The notes under the pieces: generated by a model
Seen by the model: the letters and a program-made list of their open reading frames with translations, nothing else
What the model was told of the DNA's origin: nothing
The model's database searches: none
Position numbers and translations under genes: made by a program
Assembly (NCBI GenBank): GCA_001820685.1
Contig: MHQP01000039.1
Location: 1 to 58,282 of the forward strand
Source: Candidatus Sungbacteria bacterium RIFCSPLOWO2_01_FULL_47_32
Lineage (GTDB): Bacteria > Patescibacteriota > Minisyncoccia > Sungbacterales > GWA2-42-14
Reading direction: 5' to 3'
DNA: 58,282 nucleotides
In this document: piece by piece, positions 51,306-58,282 of the stretch
How positions within the stretch are numbered: the stretch's first letter is position 1
How the letters are laid out: the number at the start of each line of letters is the position of its first letter

Positions 51306-52622
51306 ATGCCCTCGACAGATTTTCTTGATGTAATAAAAGCCTTTTGGCCGTACATGGTACTTACGTGGTGGTTTTGGCTTCCCCCGGTTCTTTGCTACGG
51401 CGCATGGGAGTCCTGGAAATATTATCTGAAGAAGCGCTATTTTGCCGGACTTAGCTGGGTGCTTCTTGAGGTAAGAATCCCGAAAATGATCGCAAAGCCG
51501 CCTCAAGCCATGGAGCAGATATTTGCGGGCTTGCACGCGGGATTTCGCCATTTTGATTTTGAGGAAAAATACTGGCTTGGGCTTCAAACTGACTTTTTTT
51601 GCTTTGAGATTGTAAGCGTTGGCGGAAGATTGCATTTTTATGCATATGTCCCGACTCAATATCGGAATCTTTTTGAGTCCCTTGTGTACTCCCAATATCC
51701 GGAAAGCGAGATCAAGGAGTCCGAAGATTATCTAGCCAGAGTTCCCGACGACATTCCGAACGAGACCTGGAACTTGTACGGCTCGGAGTTTGCGCTTGCA
51801 AAACCAGATCCGTACCCGATACGAACATATAAAGAGTTTGTTATTGAAGACATTTCTTCAAAAGAGGAAATGAGAAAAGTTGACCCGCTTTCGGCACTTG
51901 CTGAAGTTTTAGCAAAGATAAAACCCAACGAAATTGTCTCAATCCAGCTTTTAATACGGCCGGTGGGAGACGACTGGAAAAAAGAGGGGGAGAGACTTGT
52001 GGCAAAGATGATTGGAAAGGAAATTCCAAACGAAACCAGCGGCTTGGCAAAATTTCTTTCAGGTGTTCAATTTAAGAACCCACTAGAAAGTTTTGGCGAA
52101 GCGGTCTCCGCTCATCCCTATAGAGAACTCGAGGTTGGCAAAGAAAAATCGAGGCGTGAAGGAACACTCATGCAACATCTTTCGCCGGGCGAAAAAGATG
52201 TTGTTACTGCGATTGGTCGTAATATTACAAAGCTTGGTTTTGAAACCGTGCTTCGCTTTGCATATATTGGGCGGACCGACGAGTTCGATATGATGAATTT
52301 TGCCGCGATGAATGGTGTGCTTCGCCAGTTCAACACTCAAGACCTGAACAGTTTTAAGGTCCAGACAAAAGCGCTTACAACAGGCAAATGGTATAACCCC
52401 TGGAGAGCCCGCGTCAAAGTAAAGCGGAAAAGGATATTTTTCAGGTATGTACGTGGACGGAAGCCCTTCTCAGATATTCGCCTCTTAAGGTCAAAGCCGT
52501 TTGTCTTTAATATTGAAGAGCTTGCAACTATTTACCACTTCCCGGGAGAGACGGTCGGAGCATTCACGACGCAGCGTGTTGAAGCAAAAAGGGGAGAACC
52601 GCCGGCAGATTTGCCAATGTAA
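51306..52622 (+). CDS. Membrane protein of unknown function, partner of the VirD4/TraG-like ATPase
   Basis: An N-terminal Trp-rich TM hairpin (WPYMVLTWWFWLPPVLCYGAW) and a large soluble domain. It is co-directional with the ATPase gene, 45 nt upstream of it. Confidence 0.7.
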   Translation: MPSTDFLDVIKAFWPYMVLTWWFWLPPVLCYGAWESWKYYLKKRYFAGLSWVLLEVRIPKMIAKPPQAMEQIFAGLHAGFRHFDFEEKYWLGLQTDFFCFEIVSVGGRLHFYAYVPTQYRNLFESLVYSQYPESEIKESEDYLARVPDDIPNETWNLYGSEFALAKPDPYPIRTYKEFVIEDISSKEEMRKVDPLSALAEVLAKIKPNEIVSIQLLIRPVGDDWKKEGERLVAKMIGKEIPNETSGLAKFLSGVQFKNPLESFGEAVSAHPYRELEVGKEKSRREGTLMQHLSPGEKDVVTAIGRNITKLGFETVLRFAYIGRTDEFDMMNFAAMNGVLRQFNTQDLNSFKVQTKALTTGKWYNPWRARVKVKRKRIFFRYVRGRKPFSDIRLLRSKPFVFNIEELATIYHFPGETVGAFTTQRVEAKRGEPPADLPM

Positions 52623-52667
52623 TTTTTTTATGCTATAATATAGTAAAGGAAAAACGCGCATACGAAC

Positions 52668-54752
52668 GTGCGCGCGAGTTCTCGCATGACGAACGAAGAC
52701 GGCGAAATAACATATTTTGCAGAATCAAACTTCCGCAACCAGCGGAGGCGTTTTGGTATTCAGCGCGTTGATCGCAGGAAGCACATGTACGTCATCGGAA
52801 AGACCGGCATGGGGAAAACGACCCTTCTTGAGAACATGGCAATCCAGGATATCCAGTCCGGAAGGGGGCTTGGCATTGTGGACCCGCACGGAGAATTTGC
52901 AGAAAAAATGGTGAGCTTTGTTCCAAAGGAGCGCATTAAAGATGTTATTTATTTCAACCCTTCTGATACCGAGTTTCCGATCGCCTTTAACCCAATGGAG
53001 AAAGTCGGACTGGAGCAGCGGCATCTTGTCGCCTCGGGGCTTTTGGGAGTTTTTAAGAAGATATGGCCGGACGTCTGGTCGGCGCGCATGGAGTACCTCT
53101 TATCAAACGCAATTCTTTCTCTTCTGGAAATTGAAGGCTCAACGCTTCTTGGCATCAACCGCATGTTTGCGGAAAAAGATTTCCGGAAAACGATTGTGAA
53201 CCAGCTGACTGACCCGGTCGTGAAAGCATTCTGGACAAAAGAGTATGCGTCATATCAAGAGCGTTTCGCGACAGAGGCTTCAGCCGCAATTCAGAATAAA
53301 GTCGGGCAATTCGTATCAAACCCGCTTATTCGGAACATCATCGGGCAGGCGGATTCCTCATTCGATATCCGGAAAGTAATGGACGGGCAAAAAATTCTCA
53401 TTATGAATCTTGCCAAAGGGAAGATAGGAGAAGAAAACTCGCGTCTTTTGGGAGCGATGCTTGTGACTAAAATATATCTTACCGCAATGACCCGTGTTGA
53501 TATTCCGGTGGAAGAAAACAGGAAGGACTTTTACCTCTATGTCGACGAGTTTCAAAATTTCGCCACGGAGTCGTTCGCGAGCATTCTTTCTGAGGCCCGC
53601 AAATACCGGCTGAATCTCATTTTGGCGCATCAATATATTGCCCAGATGGATGAAACGGTGCAGGACGCGGTCTTCGGCAATGTTGGCACAATGGTATGCT
53701 TTCGCGTGGGGGCGCAGGATGCCGAGCTCCTTGAGAAAGAATTCGGTCCGGAGTTCATGGCGCTTGACCTTGTTAATCTCGGATTTGCCCAGATATATCT
53801 CAAACTTATGATAAGCGGAGTCGCCTCCCGCCCTTTTTCAGCAACTACGCTGGCGCCGTATCCCATGCAGAAAGATATCAGTAAAGAAGAGATTATTTCG
53901 GCATCACGTGAAAAATACGGTCTTGAGCACTCAAAGGTTGTTGAAAGAATCGTCGAATACTTCGCACAGGGTAAAAAGGAAGAAGTGCTAAACACTGAAG
54001 GGGGAGAGGTTTTAGCCGAAGAAGAAAGACCGCGGCGGGAACGGAGAGACCGTGACGGGGAGCCGAGAAAGAAACTTTTTGAAGCGCATTGCATTGTTGA
54101 TGGGAAAGTTACGATGGTGCCGTTTGAGCCGGACGGCAGGCGTCCAGTATACTGCCAGGAGCATCTTGAAATGCTGAAGCAGGGAACCCTCCCGCCTCCG
54201 GAAAGAGTAAACGTTCAACGGCAAGAGCGCCAGGAGCAGCCACCGCACCATTCCCACGAAGAAATTCCTCAGCGGGAAAAAATTGATGCAGAGTTGCGAG
54301 TGCCAGAACAAAGCGGAGGGTGGACGTCTTCGCGAAGCGAGAGAAATGAGGACTCTGTGCCCCAGAGAAGGACTGAGCCGCCTCGGCATGATTCTCCGCG
54401 TCGGGAGATACCACAGCAAAACCGCGAACGATTCCGCCCCATACCGCCGCCAATTAGAATGAATCGTCCCGTGCTTCGCCACGATATTACTCAGCGCCCT
54501 CTTTCTTTAGCCGATCTTCCGAGGAATGAACGTCAGAGACCCAACCATCATAATGGGGAACAAGCTGAAGAAACCGACGTTGCTGTAAAAAAAGTTTCCG
54601 ATACGACAGACCTTAAAACGCTACTCAATAAATTTTTAAAGGAAAAAGCGGAAAATAAAAATCCCGAACCGCAGGTATATAAAACAAGCGCAGAAAAAAA
54701 CGGAGATACCGAATCCGGTGTCATACGCCCCGGAGAGTCGATAAAGTTCTAA
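52668..54752 (+). CDS. Type IV secretion coupling-protein-like (VirD4/TraG/TraD family) P-loop ATPase with a long charged C-terminal tail
   Basis: Walker A GKTGMGKTT, Walker B LYVDEFQNF and RKYRLNLILAHQYIAQM (TraG-D_C-like). There is no N-terminal TM. The start is GTG at 52668 or ATG at 52686. Confidence 0.85.
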   Translation: MRASSRMTNEDGEITYFAESNFRNQRRRFGIQRVDRRKHMYVIGKTGMGKTTLLENMAIQDIQSGRGLGIVDPHGEFAEKMVSFVPKERIKDVIYFNPSDTEFPIAFNPMEKVGLEQRHLVASGLLGVFKKIWPDVWSARMEYLLSNAILSLLEIEGSTLLGINRMFAEKDFRKTIVNQLTDPVVKAFWTKEYASYQERFATEASAAIQNKVGQFVSNPLIRNIIGQADSSFDIRKVMDGQKILIMNLAKGKIGEENSRLLGAMLVTKIYLTAMTRVDIPVEENRKDFYLYVDEFQNFATESFASILSEARKYRLNLILAHQYIAQMDETVQDAVFGNVGTMVCFRVGAQDAELLEKEFGPEFMALDLVNLGFAQIYLKLMISGVASRPFSATTLAPYPMQKDISKEEIISASREKYGLEHSKVVERIVEYFAQGKKEEVLNTEGGEVLAEEERPRRERRDRDGEPRKKLFEAHCIVDGKVTMVPFEPDGRRPVYCQEHLEMLKQGTLPPPERVNVQRQERQEQPPHHSHEEIPQREKIDAELRVPEQSGGWTSSRSERNEDSVPQRRTEPPRHDSPRREIPQQNRERFRPIPPPIRMNRPVLRHDITQRPLSLADLPRNERQRPNHHNGEQAEETDVAVKKVSDTTDLKTLLNKFLKEKAENKNPEPQVYKTSAEKNGDTESGVIRPGESIKF

Positions 54753-54783
54753 AAAACATCCCGCTTGATGCAGGATGTTTTTT
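54751..54783. terminator. Bidirectional terminator between convergent genes
   Basis: AAAAAACATCC...GGATGTTTTTT, a hairpin flanked by A and T runs. Confidence 0.65.
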
Positions 54784-54819
54784 GATTTGCATTGTTGTTT
54801 AATGTAAATAGTGTTTCTA

Positions 54820-55311
54820 CTATTTTTTAGGTGTTTTATATTCGTACGAGAGTGCATTCACTTCCGCGGTATCATATATCCGTATTCCGTCGTCAAACCA
54901 AAGGACAAATTCAGCAATACTGGCATCCAACACCGCACGGCTGCATATCGTACACTGCAGACGTGTTGATTTTTTTTGTTCTCCTGCCTCATCTACTCTC
55001 GTAAAATATATTCTGCTTCCCTGCATATTCCTTCCATTTTTCAGTGCATCCATTATCGCGCGTTGTTCGGCATGGATACAGCAGGTTCTATCATGGCGAA
55101 AACCTGTCGGAATTTCGTATTCATCTAAACACGTACGGAACTCAGCATTATTTTGGGGAGGGGAATTAAATCCGCGGGCAATAATTTCGCCGTCTTTTAC
55201 AATGACCGAACCGCAATGGGCTCTCAAGCATAACGATTGGGCGGCCGTTTTTGCAGCTTCGGCAAAAAATTTTGATAGTCCCTGTTCTTCCGCGGGTAAA
55301 GCTATGCGCAT
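54820..55311 (-). CDS. Deoxycytidylate (dCMP)/cytidine deaminase family zinc enzyme
   Basis: CIHAEQRAI (H-A-E) and QCTICSRAV (C-x2-C) zinc and catalytic motifs. Confidence 0.85.
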   Translation of the reverse strand: MRIALPAEEQGLSKFFAEAAKTAAQSLCLRAHCGSVIVKDGEIIARGFNSPPQNNAEFRTCLDEYEIPTGFRHDRTCCIHAEQRAIMDALKNGRNMQGSRIYFTRVDEAGEQKKSTRLQCTICSRAVLDASIAEFVLWFDDGIRIYDTAEVNALSYEYKTPKK

Positions 55312-55321
55312 AATTTCTTTT

Positions 55322-55891
55322 TTAAGCTTTTTCGACTCGTTCCGTATATTCGCCGATCTCGGTATTTACCCTCACGATATCCCCCTCTTCGATAAATAGG
55401 GGAACATCAAGTGTTGCTCCGGATTCTAACGTTACAATTTTTGTTCCGCTTTGCGCGCGGTCCCCTTTAACGCCTGGCGGAGCTTCGGTAACCTTGAGTT
55501 CAATTTTGATGGGAGGTTTTATCGAAAGTATCTTTTCCTCGTAGACAACGGCTTCGCATTCGGTATTCGGCTTAAGCCAGCGCACGATATTTCCAACCCT
55601 TTCTTCTTCAAGTGGAAAACGCTGCGAAGGATTTGCCGGATCGACGAACACATGCTCTCCGCGGTGAGAGTAAAGAAATTTTATTTTCTTTTTTTCAATA
55701 TCGGCCTCCTGGAATGAATCGGATTGCTTGAAGTTTCTGGAGACTACCTGCCCCGTGATGAGATTTTTAAGCCGTGTTTGAACAGATGAGCCGCCTCTTC
55801 CCATGTGAAGATGTTTTACATCAAGAGCCTCAAGGAGAGAGCCATCCATGAGGAATATCGAACCGTTTTTTAGATCATTCATTGACAGCAT
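55322..55891 (-). CDS. efp: Elongation factor P
   Basis: Three-domain EF-P pattern with C-terminal ...GDIVRVNTEIGEYTERV. The tip loop reads HMGRGGSS, so it carries Arg rather than Lys. Confidence 0.95.
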   Translation of the reverse strand: MLSMNDLKNGSIFLMDGSLLEALDVKHLHMGRGGSSVQTRLKNLITGQVVSRNFKQSDSFQEADIEKKKIKFLYSHRGEHVFVDPANPSQRFPLEEERVGNIVRWLKPNTECEAVVYEEKILSIKPPIKIELKVTEAPPGVKGDRAQSGTKIVTLESGATLDVPLFIEEGDIVRVNTEIGEYTERVEKA

Positions 55892-56271
55892 ACCTATCTT
55901 ATATAATCAAAATTTCTAAACTCGTCAATAGTGGAGTGCACATATGTATAGTTTGAATACTAGCCTAACTATTTGGATGGTAGGATAAAAAATGATAAAT
56001 AAAGAAGCCAAAAACCGAAAATTTGGTATGTATGTTTATCAAGCTTTAGTAATTATCCTAGTAACCTTTAAAAATGAATAATTTTCTACCAGAGAGTAGT
56101 GTAAATAAATCATTTTCACTGAAATTTTAAGCAGAATTATTTGAGGGCGGTCTTATCCACACCCATAGAGCACTATAATATAGTGGTAATGTTAAAATAC
56201 TTATATCAATTCTTACATCTTTATCTATACCTGACCTGTCGGATTTTTTTAACTAATTTCGAAGAAAAAAT

Positions 56272-58282
56272 TTGGGAGGGGTTTCAACAAAGAAAATTTT
56301 TCTATCAGCAATTTTTGCGATAACGGCATCGCAGTTTTTTCTTTTAACATATTTAATTTCTGCTAACGCGGCAGACACCGGGGTTCCGCAAATTTTAAGC
56401 TATCAGGGGCGGTTAACAAACTCCTCCGGCTCTCTTCTCGGAGGCGCTGCTCCGGGTACAACTTTTTATCTCAGGTTCTCTCTTTGGACAACTGCATCAG
56501 TCGGAGGAGGAGGACAACTATGGCCGATGGCTTCAAGCACCCCATGCGCACATTCTCTCCCTGTCATTGACGGTGTTTTTAATGCGGGCATTGGCGATAC
56601 GCTTGAATGTTCCGATGTCCTCAATTTTAACTTTGAGGATACGAACTCAGTATATCTCCAAGTTGATGTTTCGTCGGATAATCTTTCATTCGAAACGCTT
56701 TCTCCCCGCCAGCGCGTCGATTCTTCTGGGTTTGCAATCAATGCGGCTACATTGCGGGGGCGTGTTCCGGGAAATACTCCGAATACGCTGTTGCGGCTGG
56801 ACTCAACCGGAGGATACACGATAGTCGGGAACATGGGAGTTGATACGCTTTCCGGATTTAACGGAAATCTTTTAAGTCTTCAGACTGCAAGCACAACCCG
56901 TTTTAAGGTAGATCAGGGCGCGCGCGTTACAATTGGTACTGATACCTCCTCGGGTCTCTCGCAGTTAACGGTAGTTTCAACTTCGAGCGCGTCCATACCC
57001 CTGACTCTTCAGGGTTTTTCCGGGCAGTTGTCAAACTTGTTTCAGATTGCTTCTTCGTCCGGGGCAAATCTTGTTATGATTTCAAGCGGTGGCAACCTTA
57101 CGGTTACCGGTTCAACAACCATAAGCGGTGTTATTAATGCATCCGGAGGGATAAATCTTTTAAGTATTCTGAATTGTAATGGCTCTGGGCTACTCGAAAC
57201 AAATTCTTCCGGCGGAATTCAGTGTGGTGTTGACGACATCGGTAGTGGCGGGTCGGGGGACACAGTATTTGATCCCATAAACGGGGCTATCCGGCTCACG
57301 ACCTCAACCGTTCGCGTCGGTTTTGGAACGACTACGCCTTATGCAAAACTTTCCATCCAGGGGAATACTAACGGAACCCCTTCAACAACCGTTGCGATCC
57401 TTCCTGCCTCCGGGCAAGCTGCGAACATTCTTGATATTTATACGACGGCAGGCGTTTTAAATACTGTTATCGATTCTTTAAATAGGTTTGGTCTCGGAAC
57501 GACTTCTCCGGGATTTACACTTAGCGTTGCGGGGACTCTCGGCGTTACGGGGACCTCTTCTCTTCAAGGCGCAGAGGCAATTTTTATTAATGACACCGGA
57601 AATCTTCTTGTCGGCGGAACAGTAAGCATTACGGGTTCAAGCACCATTCAGGGAGAACTGAACGTCGGAGCGACATCAACCCTCTCGGGAATTCAAAACA
57701 CCGGTTTCATCACGACAACCGGGAATATCAACGCCCAAAACTCCATTACCGCTGGAGCCACATCAACATTTACCACAGGGATAACGGCAGGCTTTCTTAC
57801 CTCAACCGGAAACATATTCGTACAGGGCGTCGCGAATCTCGGAACAACAACGGCAAACGCCTTCATCGGAACGAACACAGGAACCTCAACCATCGCAGGC
57901 AAACTTGAAGTGAACGGAATCATCCTTGCGGAGTCGGGGCAGCGAGTGTGCACAGCTTCGAACGGGGCATGTCCTGCCGGCGGTTCAGGCACTGTTTCTC
58001 CGGGAACAACCAACCGCCTTGCCTACTACACCGGAGGAAGCACCGTCAGCTCCGCAAATTCCTTCATCATCGACGCGGCCAACGGCTCAACCACATTCCC
58101 GATATTAAACGTCGGAACCCTTACCGCAACCACCGGCACATCATTCATTTCTTCCCTTACTCTCGGCACTCCGCTCGGAGTATCAAGCGGAGGAACCAAC
58201 GCGTCAGCCTTCTCAAACGCAACCCTTGTTTCTTTCGACGGAACGCGCCTCATTGGAACCTCAAGCCCGTCGGTTTCTTTCA
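56272..58282 (+). CDS. Large secreted Gly/Thr/Ser/Asn-rich repetitive surface protein (3' end outside the window)
   Basis: The frame is open from 56257 to the window edge (checked codon by codon). There is a TTG start at 56272, a signal peptide KKIFLSAIFAITASQFFLLTYLISANA-AD, and then more than 600 aa of beta-helix/fibre-like G-T-S-N repeats. Confidence 0.75.
   Translation, partial: MGGVSTKKIFLSAIFAITASQFFLLTYLISANAADTGVPQILSYQGRLTNSSGSLLGGAAPGTTFYLRFSLWTTASVGGGGQLWPMASSTPCAHSLPVIDGVFNAGIGDTLECSDVLNFNFEDTNSVYLQVDVSSDNLSFETLSPRQRVDSSGFAINAATLRGRVPGNTPNTLLRLDSTGGYTIVGNMGVDTLSGFNGNLLSLQTASTTRFKVDQGARVTIGTDTSSGLSQLTVVSTSSASIPLTLQGFSGQLSNLFQIASSSGANLVMISSGGNLTVTGSTTISGVINASGGINLLSILNCNGSGLLETNSSGGIQCGVDDIGSGGSGDTVFDPINGAIRLTTSTVRVGFGTTTPYAKLSIQGNTNGTPSTTVAILPASGQAANILDIYTTAGVLNTVIDSLNRFGLGTTSPGFTLSVAGTLGVTGTSSLQGAEAIFINDTGNLLVGGTVSITGSSTIQGELNVGATSTLSGIQNTGFITTTGNINAQNSITAGATSTFTTGITAGFLTSTGNIFVQGVANLGTTTANAFIGTNTGTSTIAGKLEVNGIILAESGQRVCTASNGACPAGGSGTVSPGTTNRLAYYTGGSTVSSANSFIIDAANGSTTFPILNVGTLTATTGTSFISSLTLGTPLGVSSGGTNASAFSNATLVSFDGTRLIGTSSPSVSF

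Noticed and set aside
55992-56081. A 29-codon ORF (MINKEAKNRKFGMYVYQALVIILVTFKNE) in the AT-rich spacer between efp and the surface-protein gene, considered as a small membrane peptide or type I toxin
   Set aside because: It has only a weak SD (GGA). The hydrophobic stretch is too short for a TM helix. AT-rich spacers generate such ORFs by chance. It would be worth a look only if it is conserved.

Overview
This window looks like a chromosomal segment from a small-genome bacterium, probably Patescibacteria/CPR (Parcubacteria-like). That placement is an inference from gene content and compact proteins; no search was run.

Most of the window is housekeeping, tightly packed, with clear hairpin-plus-T-run terminators and AAGGAG-type Shine-Dalgarno (SD) sites. 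Genes include rpoB-rpoC, an ABC exporter, ftsK, recA, the rpsF-ssb-rpsR operon, a ClpP-like protease, ychF, a DEAH helicase, gltX, rmuC, secDF, efp and a dCMP deaminase. I saw no rRNA, tRNA, CRISPR array or transposase.

Accessory or unusual content:
1. An AT-richer (by eye) island at about 29.6-32.5 kb carries an AIPR-like gene, a beta-class DNA methyltransferase and a MutH/Sau3AI-family nuclease. A candidate small RNA lies on its left. On its right is a tandem array of three covarying hairpins. Each hairpin encloses a conserved 6-codon mini-ORF and sequesters an SD-like sequence. This array is the most unusual signal in the window.
2. A small HTH ORF and a consensus-promoter-driven ~135-nt structured RNA precede a two-gene module: a membrane protein plus a VirD4/TraG-like ATPase.
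3. A same-strand envelope cluster runs ECF sigma, anti-sigma-like protein, OB-like protein, MacA/MacB, Gly-rich OB-like protein and cupredoxin. It contains an unexplained GC-rich structured spacer.
4. A mannose-activation/glycosyltransferase cluster.
5. GC-rich structured leaders around recA and the NUDIX gene.
6. A partial giant Gly/Thr/Ser-rich surface protein at the 3' edge.

All family calls come from motif recognition by eye.
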